Below are positions 20,417 to 30,984 of a stretch of DNA of 64,000 bases, one piece after another. The stretch is taken from the NCBI GenBank assembly GCA_030526175.1, contig JAUNDJ010000001.1:33365-97364 (forward strand), written 5' to 3'. Under the pieces are notes generated by a model. The model was not told where the DNA came from. It saw only the letters and a list, made by a program, of their open reading frames with translations, and made no database searches. This DNA is from Bacillota bacterium. GTDB lineage: Bacteria; Bacillota_I; Bacilli_A; Erysipelotrichales; Erysipelotrichaceae. Every line of letters starts with the position of its first letter. Position 1 is the stretch's first letter. The position numbers and the translations under genes are program-made.

Positions 20417-21826
20417 ATGGCAATTATTGCAAACTTTACAACCATTCGTCCTGAAATGGCTGCTACTCGCACCGCAAAGGACTGGTATCAGTTCCTTGGC
20501 GCACACGCTGAAAACCTCGGTGTTGCTGCTAAGCTTTATGAGAAGCACACTGCTTCTTACTTTACCGAAGGTTTCGGTAACGTTATGTACAACAACAGCA
20601 AGAGCGGTTCTAAATATCAGAAGATCGAATCTCTTATGTTCGAGTGGGAAGTTGAAATGAACGACATCGTTCGTATTCCTTTCGCTGCTTCTGTACCTGC
20701 TATGTACGCTCACGCTCACGGCATTGAAATTCCTATGGCTTTCAATCGTCGTTATTACGAAGTAAACGATACCTTCATGATTGAAGGTTCTCATCAGCTC
20801 TGCATCGTTATCGATGGTCCTATTCGTAAGGCTGATGATTTCTGGGAGTATTCAGTTCGTCTTATCGATTCTGACTATTCTGCAGAACTTTAGATTGAAG
20901 ACTGCCAGGCAGGTATGCTTACCCGTTGGATTGGTAACATTCAGCCTGAACTTCATGAAATGGGCTTCACCAAATATCAGAGCAACTACGAAAAGATGCG
21001 TGGTTGGATCCAGGAATTCCGTTGCGATATCGACGCTTCTAGCCGTTATCTCGCACTCGAGGATGCATTCGTTAAGGTAACTAAAGAAGACGTAGGTGGC
21101 AATAAGAACTACCTCTTCAAGATGCCAGGTATGAAGAAAGTTCTTCTTGACAACTTTATGGATGCTCGTAACAACTCTCTTATGTGGCAGAAGTCTACTA
21201 TGGACGAGCACGGCAAGTGCACACTCCACGATCGTCAGGGTCGCGAACTCATCGCTGGTGATGGTCTCGTTCCTCAGATCAACCGTTATGCTTCTAAGTA
21301 TAACTATTCTAAACTCTCCGCAAACGTTCTTACCGAGGCTATGACTGCTCTCGCTGAGAAGTGCGAAGATTCTGTAGGTAATAAGTTTGTATTCGCTGTA
21401 AACGATATTCTTTATCGTGATATGCAGCACTCTCTCGCAGAGTTCCTCGCTCAGCATCGTGTTGATCAGCAGTTCATGTATTCTCAGTTCGAAAACAAGG
21501 GCATCAAGGTTGGTGCTACTTACGCTGCATTCGAATTCGCTGGTAACACTGTAGTATTCCACGTTGATCGTGCACTCTCTAACGAATATCCTACTAAGGG
21601 TTATGGTATCATGGTCGACCTCACTTCCGACAAAGCTAGTGGTATCGCTCCTGTTCAGATGTTTACCCTCAAGGACAAAGCATTCGTTGAGAATACTCTT
21701 ACCGGTGTTGGCGTTAAGTCTGGTGCTGTTGCTTCTCCAGTTGCAGGTGAGAAATACATCGTTTCTGGTTACGCAGGTATCGGCTGCATGAATCCTTATC
21801 GTTCTTACGTTTTGATTCAGAACTAA
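20417..21826 (+). CDS. Major capsid protein (469 aa, 1 TAG at codon 159)
   Basis: ORFs 20417-20893 and 20915-21826 are in frame. crAss MCP-like motifs (FEWEV, PELHEMGFTKYQSNYEK, GDGLVPQI, SPVAG...GYAGI..NPYRS), strong codon bias, and a downstream terminator. Confidence 0.85.
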
Positions 21827-21851
21827 TTTACAGATAGAGATAAAATTTTAT

Positions 21852-21881
21852 AAGGACTAGGGCTTCGGCCCTAGTTCTTTT
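21852..21881 (+). terminator. Rho-independent terminator after the MCP
   Basis: aaggactagggc-ttcg-gccctagttctttt. Confidence 0.85.
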
Positions 21882-21903
21882 CAATATGATTATAAGAACT
21901 AAT

Positions 21904-22743
21904 ATGGCTGAAGAAAATTTAGTAGTAATTAAGAGTACTTTTAACAAAACTCCTAATCAGAAGTATTACATCGCACCTTGCAAAGGTCCTAATGGCCTTT
22001 ATCCTGATTGTATTCGTAAGGTGGATGCACATGGTGATCTAATCCTTTCCGAGGATGATAAAAAACAGATGAGCAAAGGCAAGCAATTCCTGGCAGAAGA
22101 CGAACCTATTGTTGTTGAGCACGGTACTGTATTTAATTTGGATAATCCTATCCAGGCTGCTCAATGGGAGGCAATCAAATATTCTAAACTGATTGCAAAG
22201 GAACGTGATGAACTAGACATTAATGGCAATTACGTAATTGATGGTGGTAAGTCTATTGTAGACCAATACCAGAATGCACGTGGCCGCTATGGAACCGCTG
22301 AGTTGTATATCGAGCGCCCAGGCAGGACTGCTAAGGCAAAGAACGATTTCCGCAAGTTGATTCTTCAAGCTCAGAATCTAGTTGTCAATGATGACCTGTC
22401 ACACAGAGTTACGATTTGCAAGTTGTTTGAAAAGAATATGGAGCATGCTCACCCGAATGATGTTGAAGACTTCCTATTGACACAGGCTGAAAAGTACCCA
22501 GAGAAAGTAATTCGTTTTTACAATACCGAAGAGGCAGCTGTTCGTTTGCTCTTGATTGTAGCGCGTGAAAGAGGAATTGTAGCTTCCCGACAGGACGGCC
22601 TTTACTATTCTGATATTAAATTAGGTGCAAGTCTTGATTTTGCTGTTGACTACTTACGTGCAGCAGAAAACAAGATGCTTTGCGAAGCTATAAAGAAAGA
22701 CACCTATCCCGAATTACAGAAGAAAACTGATAAAAATAAATAA
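21904..22743 (+). CDS. Conserved crAss-like protein downstream of the MCP
   Basis: Intact ORF in a syntenic position; motifs FNLDNP..AAQWEAI and AELYIERPG. Confidence 0.65.
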   Translation: MAEENLVVIKSTFNKTPNQKYYIAPCKGPNGLYPDCIRKVDAHGDLILSEDDKKQMSKGKQFLAEDEPIVVEHGTVFNLDNPIQAAQWEAIKYSKLIAKERDELDINGNYVIDGGKSIVDQYQNARGRYGTAELYIERPGRTAKAKNDFRKLILQAQNLVVNDDLSHRVTICKLFEKNMEHAHPNDVEDFLLTQAEKYPEKVIRFYNTEEAAVRLLLIVARERGIVASRQDGLYYSDIKLGASLDFAVDYLRAAENKMLCEAIKKDTYPELQKKTDKNK

Positions 22744-22748
22744 TAAAT

Positions 22749-23543
22749 ATGACACTACGCGACGTGTATGAAGCAGTTTTGATTGAATTAAATAAAGTTC
22801 AAGCCCCTTCTTTATTGGTGAAGGACTTTGTATATTTGTACAACAAAGCTACTCAAGAATATTTTAATAAACGTTACAACCTATTCGAAGTTAACCAACA
22901 ATTAACCGATGATCTTAGAGTTTTAACTAAGACTGTTAAATTGTTTCCGGTTAAAGAAACTGGAGATGTATTCGGTCAAAGTTATCGTTGTGATCTTCCA
23001 TTCAACTACGTGCATATTTTAAATTGCATTTGTGAATTCGAAGATAGAAAACCTACAAAAGCATGTGATGACGGATCGACGGTATTCCAACAAGGGGCTA
23101 ACAAACTCGATACGAATCAATGGTCGTCCGTTATTAATAATTATTATATGCGTCCTTCTGTTAAACAGCCATATTACTATATCATAAATATACAAGATCC
23201 TAATAAGGCTGGCATCGCAGATTCTGTGAAGATGAACGATGTATTAAATGGGACTGAAAAAAGATATGGCAATTCGGTTTAGCCAACAATGCAGATTAAA
23301 TGTGGAAATGATTTAAGATATGACTTACGGTGTATTTATGTTGATTATTTGAGAGCACCGGAGTATTTATCGTTGGATCAAGACATTTTGGATAAAGTTA
23401 CCGATAACTCACAAGTGGTTGAGTTTCCTGATTATGTGATTTACGAAATTATCAATTAGATCGTAGCACTTGTAATGGAAAATACTCAGAATCCACGAGT
23501 TCAAACTTTCCCACAAATATCAATGTCTGTTCCTCAAAAATGA
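22749..23543 (+). CDS. Tail ring/adaptor protein (2 TAGs)
   Basis: ELNKVQAPSLL...QQLTDDLRVL. Read-through of TAG 23280 and 23457 restores the C-terminus YVDYLRAP...EFPDYVIYEII. Ends TGA. Confidence 0.7.
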
Positions 23544-23581
23544 GATTTTGACAAACTTTTTTAATTAAAATTTATACAACT

Positions 23582-24733
23582 ATGTGGCAGTATTCTACTG
23601 AAACTATTATTAACTCTAATAAGGGTAACCTTATCGATGGTGCTCGTTTTGGCCTTTATGATCCTTCTGAGGATGATGCACAGGTATCTGCAATTGGTCA
23701 GGACACCATGTTTATTGTTGATGGCAACAACGCTTTCAAGCCTCTTTATGTTTCTGCTATCTACAAAACTGAAGGTCGTGCAGCAGTTCGCGAATCTATC
23801 GATTTCGAAATCAAACTTGGCGAATCACAGGCAGGTGACGTTCTCCGTCTTCTCGTTGTAATTCGCGAGGAAGGCCGTCAGAGCTCTCCTATGCAGAACG
23901 CATATCTCCGTCACATGAAGCCTTTCTTCTATGAAATCGCTTCTGAAGGTGATGCAGCTAAAGATGCAGCTAAATTTGCTGCTCTTATTAAGAAAGATAT
24001 GGCTGACACCGATTTCCATTATTTCAAGGCAAAGAACGAGAAAGGCGAAGCTGTTCTTACTCTCGTAGCAGATGACGCTCACGTTCGTTTCGTAAGTGTT
24101 GAACTCGCACAAGTTCCTCAGAAGTACTCTTGCGATTGCCCTACTTTCGAAGATCTCGGCGCTAAGCTTCTCGGCTGGAAAGACTATGTTCTTATTAAGA
24201 AGAACGTAGAGGGTGGCAAAGACGATCTCGCATTCGTTTACACTGTTGATGAAGAGACTGGTGAGCCTATGAAGGGTGATCTCGGTGCTGGTACCGTAGA
24301 GCACATCATCAAGGATCTCCGCATTCCTACCAATGCTTCTATCAATCCTTTCGGTGCAGATCACGGCGGTATGCCTATTCCTGGTATGCTTTATGATCAG
24401 TATCTCATCGAATACACTACCGATCGTCGTCATATCGGCCATCAGGTAATGGGCTCTGCAAATGACAAGTCTATCACTTCTCACGTTTACTTCGTAGCTC
24501 AAGAAGGTCTCGGCTTTGCTGAAGGCAAGAAGGCTTCTGAAGAGTTTGAAGCAGCACTTGACATTATTGCACAGGCTAATAGCCTTGAGATCGTAGAGGC
24601 TGGTCGCAAAGAACGTACAGCTAAAATTGCTATCAAGGCAAATGCTGACCTTGAAGAAGTTGACGCTGTAAAGAACGAAGAGGAAGCTCTCGAGTTCCTT
24701 GCAAAGGATCCTAAGATTGGCTCTGTAGAGTAA
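23582..24733 (+). CDS. High-copy structural protein, probably auxiliary capsid protein (383 aa)
   Basis: MCP-like codon bias and followed by a terminator; motifs KPFFYE, DLRIPT, PIPG..YDQY.IEY and SITSHVYFV. Confidence 0.6.
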   Translation: MWQYSTETIINSNKGNLIDGARFGLYDPSEDDAQVSAIGQDTMFIVDGNNAFKPLYVSAIYKTEGRAAVRESIDFEIKLGESQAGDVLRLLVVIREEGRQSSPMQNAYLRHMKPFFYEIASEGDAAKDAAKFAALIKKDMADTDFHYFKAKNEKGEAVLTLVADDAHVRFVSVELAQVPQKYSCDCPTFEDLGAKLLGWKDYVLIKKNVEGGKDDLAFVYTVDEETGEPMKGDLGAGTVEHIIKDLRIPTNASINPFGADHGGMPIPGMLYDQYLIEYTTDRRHIGHQVMGSANDKSITSHVYFVAQEGLGFAEGKKASEEFEAALDIIAQANSLEIVEAGRKERTAKIAIKANADLEEVDAVKNEEEALEFLAKDPKIGSVE

Positions 24734-24758
24734 TTAAAAATTAATTAACCTTAATAAG

Positions 24759-24790
24759 AAAAGGCGGGCGGGATTACCCGCTTGCCTTTT
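24759..24790 (+). terminator. Rho-independent terminator
   Basis: aaaaggcgggcggg-atta-cccgcttgcctttt. Confidence 0.85.
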
Positions 24791-24802
24791 ATTTGTTTAT
24801 AT

Positions 24803-25471
24803 ATGATAGTCGATAAAATAGCAAGTGCGATCTTTAATGACGTACAAGGTGGTTTGGCTGGTTATGAAGCCACAATAAATATGTCTCTGGAACAACTCCA
24901 GGACGAGGTCGTTGAGGAACGACTATTAATTATAAAGAAGTATTCTATGCAGAATGCGATTCCTCGTAAAGACCTCTTCTATTCTTTAAATTGTATTCCT
25001 GTAGATTGTAAGAGTATTGACAAGTGTTGTCTTACTGATTCATATAGTGCTCCTATGGCTCACTTCGAAATTCCTCAGATTGTAAATGATTTTGGTGAGG
25101 ATGCTATCGAGTTTATCGGATCTACTAATAAGGAAATTCAGTTTAAAGTCTATACTAACAAGAATTTTAGATATCACAAGTACAAGACTCGCAGAGCAAA
25201 TAAGCCTTACGTATATATCGATACTACTCCAAATGAGAACAATATGTATGATTGCTTCTTATTCAATGCTCCAATGCTTGAGAGAGTTACTGTGATTGCT
25301 ATATTTAAAGATCCTAGACAATTAGAGCCATTTACATGTTGCGGATTCACAGAAGCAGATAATATGACCTGGATTGCATCTGAGGTAAAACAAAGCCTTA
25401 TTCAAAAGAAACTTAAGTATTACCGTCAAATGTATCCACAACCTCAACCAAATAATCAAATTCCACAATGA
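24803..25471 (+). CDS. Tail ring protein
   Basis: Motifs KIASAIFNDV.GGL, HFEIPQ, KPYVYIDTTPNENNMYD and AIFKDPRQL, characteristic of crAss-like ring proteins. Confidence 0.65.
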   Translation: MIVDKIASAIFNDVQGGLAGYEATINMSLEQLQDEVVEERLLIIKKYSMQNAIPRKDLFYSLNCIPVDCKSIDKCCLTDSYSAPMAHFEIPQIVNDFGEDAIEFIGSTNKEIQFKVYTNKNFRYHKYKTRRANKPYVYIDTTPNENNMYDCFLFNAPMLERVTVIAIFKDPRQLEPFTCCGFTEADNMTWIASEVKQSLIQKKLKYYRQMYPQPQPNNQIPQ

Positions 25472-26226
25472 CAAAATTTCCTTTTAAAGCAGCTATGGCT
25501 CAGGCCAATGAAATGTATGGCCTTGAACTCGACGAAGATACTTTCGAAACTTATGGAATGAGTGCTTGGTATAAAATCGGTAACAAAGATTACCGAATGA
25601 GAATTACTAAAGCAGTCCCTCAGGCAGATCCTGCTGGCGGCTGGTATGTGTGCATGCCTGGCGCGGCTGGTGGTGGAGAATGTGGTTGTAGTGGTGGAAG
25701 TAACAGTGAAGATGGAAGTGACATCACTATTGAAGCAATTACTTTAGATTTCGAAGATGCACAAGAAACCAGTTCTATTATGAACTTTCCAGGCGTTTAT
25801 ACACATCCTATAGAACAATGGATTGAGTATGACAAACGAATGCCTAACGAATTATATATTCCTGGAAAGTATGTAAAATTTAAAGTTCTTGGTGATCGGA
25901 TCTATTTTACTGAGCCGTATCCTTCCGTAAATATCCTTTATAAAAGTCTCTATGTTGATGAAGAAGGACTTCCTTTTATCAATCAGAAAGAGATGGAAGC
26001 TATTGCAGTTTATTGTGCGTATGCTGAGGATATGAAGAAAGCACGTCTTACAAAAGATCAAGGAACATTCCAAATGGCACAACTTGAATTTCAACGTTGG
26101 TAGCAATTGTGTTCTGCTGCTAGAGTTGCTGAAGATATTTCACAGAATGGTATGAATGAAATCTTAGATGCAGCTGTACGTAGAGATGTAAAGAAGTTTG
26201 GAAGAACTTATAAACCAATTTTATAA
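25468..26226 (+). CDS. Tail ring/tubular protein (1 TAG)
   Basis: AWYKIGNK and DEEGLP..EAIAVYCAY. Read-through of TAG 26101 restores CSAARV...SQNGMNEILDA...YKPIL, whose TAA overlaps the next ATG. Confidence 0.7.
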
Positions 26227-26666
26227 TGGAAAATAAAGAAGTTACCAATTGGGCTACTTCTTATGCATTAACTGCAGAACAACTTTATATTAATTTTCCA
26301 GCATCCAAATACATAAGGAAAGAAGTAAGAGATCTTCCCAAATTCAGATTAATTCTTGGGGCTATTCTTAGATATTTCTTTTTCTTAGTTTTGAATGACA
26401 TAATTGATAAAAACGTAACATTTAAGTTACCTCCTGGTACATCGGCCTACATCGAAATGGTCCCTGTATCAGGAGATGACTTTGCTAAAGCTCGACAAAA
26501 TGGAGCTTTTCATGATGTAGATTACTTAGCTTCCGATTTTACCGGATATCAGCTTTACTTACGGCATAATACTCGATATGGTAAATGGCTAAAACGAATC
26601 TATGTCAGTCGAAAGATGAGAGACAAAATTACTGCAAATACCAATGCAGGAAAAAAATATGGATAA
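26226..26666 (+). CDS. IHF/HU-like protein (crAss-type)
   Basis: Basic protein with VLNDII..NVTFKLP, in the syntenic position before the muzzle genes. Confidence 0.5.
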   Translation: MENKEVTNWATSYALTAEQLYINFPASKYIRKEVRDLPKFRLILGAILRYFFFLVLNDIIDKNVTFKLPPGTSAYIEMVPVSGDDFAKARQNGAFHDVDYLASDFTGYQLYLRHNTRYGKWLKRIYVSRKMRDKITANTNAGKKYG

Positions 26667-27233
26667 ATGGTTGTTGAAGTAGCTGATTATGTTGATCGGG
26701 TCCAAGAAAAATTCCCATTCTTAACAAAGTCAGAAATCAATAAAATACTTACGTATGGATTGAAAAGATATGCTTGGGTTAATAAAATGCACGGAGATGT
26801 ATTGTTATATACCAGAACTGAAAATCCTTACACTGCTCATTGTGGTCAACTTGGTACAGATAAACTGAAACATTACTTTAGATGGATGACCAAATGGAGA
26901 ATGAAAGAACGTATTTTATTTAAGTTAAGAAGAGAAAAATGGGATGGATATTACTACATTGGACTTGATGATGTACAACATAACAAAATAAAGAATCGAA
27001 AAGTTAGAACATTTCATAATGTCTACTTAACTAAAATTAAAAAAGAGCTTTATCACAATAAATTGATTACTCATATCTGGAAAGTTCCTTGGACATCAGA
27101 TTGTGGGTGGAAATTTTATGTTAAAAAATTAAGAACAGATAAAGCAGAATATATTGGAGAAAATAAATATGCAGAGTACCACCAATGCTTTTTAGGAGGG
27201 AATCACGACGGATCTCCATCCACTGACAATTAA
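26667..27233 (+). CDS. Second IHF/HU-like basic protein
   Basis: Motifs DY...V.EKFP.L.KSEI.KIL.YG and WDGYYYIGL; paired with the upstream gene. Confidence 0.45.
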   Translation: MVVEVADYVDRVQEKFPFLTKSEINKILTYGLKRYAWVNKMHGDVLLYTRTENPYTAHCGQLGTDKLKHYFRWMTKWRMKERILFKLRREKWDGYYYIGLDDVQHNKIKNRKVRTFHNVYLTKIKKELYHNKLITHIWKVPWTSDCGWKFYVKKLRTDKAEYIGENKYAEYHQCFLGGNHDGSPSTDN

Positions 27234-28212
27234 AAATACCCAGTTGACAGATGCATTGAACGCCGCTATTGTTACAGGTAACGGTAATGAAATGATCTTA
27301 CAAAACGATATGGGTAATACTCTTATTCAGGATAGTAGAACTGGAAACATAATGGGTCTTACTGACAACTTTATTCCAGTTGGCATTCGTGAGTACGGAG
27401 GTATACTATATATAGCATCTTATAATAAAGAGACTAAAGAAGGAGAGCTTGGAACAATTCCTAGTCCACTTATTAAATATGATTATAACAATCCAATTTT
27501 GAAGAATCCTGTTAAAGATTTAGCAGATACTGGAAGTTCAGAAGAAGATATAAACGAGCACATTGAACAAAATGTAGTTCAAGTTTTATCAGATGATAAC
27601 TTCTTACATGTTGGAGATCAGTTTATGATTGTTTTAGATATTGATGACATATCTAGAACTATGACTCGCCAGGACGCTTTCTTCACAAACGGAACTACTC
27701 CAGATGAGAAAACATATCCTCTATTTACACATTTTGACAATGATGGAAATATAGTATATGGTTTTTACAGAATCGATTTGTATTCACGAGTATCATCTGG
27801 AAAAGATATCAAGCTCGGATCGATTTGCGGTACACAACAGCAGTATTATACAGAGCAAGACCCAGCAAGAATGGAATCAAAATATTGGTTTATTGACTCA
27901 GCATCCTTGACTGGAAAAGATTTGGATACACAAAGAAACTCTCTTGCTAAATTATATAGAGTTTATCCAAATATACCGAGTGGATATTTAGCAATTAAGA
28001 TTGAATTAGAGATCCCTGAAGATATTGATATTTTACCAAGAACAGATCGTAACTTTGTTAATTTACCTTATACGTATGTGGTTCAAGACGGACACATTAC
28101 AAAAACTAGAAGAGTTTCAAAGTCAGATTTGATTAACATGGATCCAACTCTAGGAACTACTACAGCTCCGACGATTATTCCTGGAAACTTTAATTTCGGA
28201 CAGATTCAATGA
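27169..28212 (+). CDS. Tail-stabilisation/muzzle-like protein with conserved N-terminal module (1 TAG)
   Basis: True start is 27169: MQSTTNAF*EGITTDLHP...LTDALNA...GNEMILQNDMGN...PVGIREYGGILYIASYN. Ends TGA. Confidence 0.7.
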
Positions 28213-28220
28213 AATAATAT

Positions 28221-30983
28221 ATGGGACAATTACTTAAAACATACACAACTGTTGAAGAAGGTGGATTGGTATTTATCAATAGAGTATTTGATAATATGTT
28301 TTACGCCGTAATTCCAGGTTTCTGCTATACAGAAAGAGGCCCAATTCATATTGATAAGATTGTAGTCACTGCTACTCAGGATGGAAGTCAATTATTTTCT
28401 TTATATAAGAATGAAGTATACAGATTTGGAAAATCTAAATCTAATCCAACGATGGGAAATAGATATCCTGCAGTAGATCCAAATCATATTGAATTATTAT
28501 TTCCGTACAGCCTTTCTATTGACGAAGATTCTCAGAATTAGAATTTACAACAGCTTCCATTTAAATACTTTTATGATAATGTTACTAGTGAAGGATTGCA
28601 TATTTTAACTCCTTATCTAGGAACAAGATATATCTCTGAAGATAATAACGTTGAAGAACATGACGGATTATTCTTCTTTGAATTAAAGTCATTGTACAAA
28701 TTAGTGACTTTCACTATTAAATATTATACTTATGTCGGAAGCACTCCTTGTTTAAATCAACCATATCCCGAAGATGGAGATTATTTAATGATTAAACAAG
28801 ATACAGTCGAATACAGTCCGAATGAAATATTTGATAGTTCCAATGTAGTTCCAGCAGATCATGTTCAGCAGTATCTTTATACAGATAAACCGAGTGATTA
28901 TAATTTTGACGTAAAGTTAAATAAAATCCTGACATATGATTCTGATTTAAAAGTGTATAGTTCTTATGACGATTCTCGTAAAGAATATCGTAATAGTACT
29001 ATTTCTACTGCTACAGGAGATCAATGCTTTAATAAATTACGTCGTTACGTATATCCATTCTGGTCTGTAAGACATTATGATGTGGACGGCGCTACCGAAT
29101 GGGGAGCAATGTATGAAGAGGATTTAGTTCTACACTCTGCAGTCTACAATGATTATATTCTTCCGACACATCGTCAAGGTAAAACAAAAACAAACTCTGT
29201 TAACGTTGCAAACTGGATAAAAAATCCTAGACGTAAGCAGGCATTTGATATTCAACGAGCAAATCTAGATAATTTGAAATTGTTTGGAACTATTTCATTT
29301 GACGAGATGCCTGAATACGGATTATTTAGGCCAAATGCTGTAAATGAAGCAAGTAGAGGAACTGCCACTTCAAATACTTATAGATGGGCTCCAGAGTTCT
29401 TATTCCATGAACGTTACGATTCAAGAACCAATGAGTCTTCAATTGATACAGGTGTTGAAGGTGGAGAAAAAGGACACTTCCAATATACTTATGTAGAAGG
29501 CACTAACGATATCTATCAGAAACAATTTGGTGAAAAGTTTGACTTAGATAAGAACAGATATTCTGCTCAGAGAGTGCACTTTACTACAAGTCCTTAGTAT
29601 GATAATCAATGGGTTGAGCGTAATAACGAATATGGTTTAGCGCATGGAACTACTACGGATCTTGATAGATGGAGATGTTTCCAAGACTTTATGGGAGAAC
29701 TGCAATATCCAAACGCAGTCTCTAGCAGTTCTAATGATTGCAATTTAAATACAAATTATCAAGCAAGATTAAAAATTGCAGAGTTTCCACACAGTTTAGA
29801 TTATCTCTACGTCAATAGGCCTACTGTGAGATTAAATAATGTTTCTGACTCAAGTTCTATTGTAGCTCAGAGTATTTGGGATCATAAAGAAAAGTCCGGA
29901 ACGTTTAAAATTGAGATTTACTAGACAATTGATAACGGATGCGATCCACTTATTCCAATTCAACCTATTATTGAGGATTATGGATCAAACAGAGATCAAT
30001 ATCAGTCTCCAATTAAAAAGCTTAACAATTCTAATTATATTCTTAAGCCTGGATATTCTAAAGAATTTGAAATCGGTTAGAAATTAGACATTACGATTGA
30101 TCATAAGATCAACATTTCAATACCTAAAAATTACAGACTTGGTGATTGGGCAAAAGCCGCATGTTTTATCCCAAACGCAACCATGCTTGTAGACTTATGT
30201 AGATCTAACTTACATTATGAGAATGTCTCCGATTATTCAGTAATTCCATACTTCCAATCAGATTATGGATATGCCGAATCAGACGCTCAAGAGTTAGTTG
30301 AATCCAATGTTATTGGAAATGATGGGGTAGAAGATACTGAAAATCTTTGTGTTAACGGAGAAGCATCAACAAGTATTCCTTACAATTCGTCATTCTTACA
30401 AAATGAGAATTGCTGGGGAAGCTTATCTCCAAGAATTACTGTAAGGCATAAAAGACTAAAAGCTAACACCATATACGCATTCCACATTAATTATATATGT
30501 GAAGCGAAATCTGTTTATAAGATTGGATTAAATGCTGCTACAGGTTATGCAGAAAGTCTTGATGCCGGAGCAGATGTAATCATATTTCAAACTGGAACAA
30601 ATGATATAGCTGATGGAGATTTTACATTAACTTTCTATTATGATGGACAATTACCAAAAGGATATATTAAGAACTTTGGTATTTATGAAGTTACTAAAAA
30701 TACCGGAAATCTGGGATTTGATTCACTCAATTAGATCAATCCTCTAATTTCTGGAGACTACAAAGATGTAATATTTCCAACAACATTCTGTTATCTAGAA
30801 GATACTGGATGTTATGATATTGATTACTTTGCAGCTGCATTACCGGATAAACCGATAAGACGTGTTGGATGTTTCTATACCGTCTTAGAAGGAACTTCTG
30901 GACAGATTGCTAAAGATTATTTAGGCTACCACAAACAGTGGCAATATATGGAATCCAATCCACAAATTAGAAAACTACATTAA
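28221..30983 (+). CDS. Large tail-associated protein (920 aa, 5 TAGs)
   Basis: Four track ORFs lie in one frame. TAGs at 28539, 29595, 29922, 30078 and 30732; TAA at 30981-30983 abuts the next ATG. Confidence 0.7.
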
Positions 30984-30984
30984 T

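Noticed and set aside
28210-28212. TGA read-through as a second recoding
   Set aside because: The frame hits TAA about 33 codons later, and other TGAs (2087, 23541, 25469) behave as normal stops.
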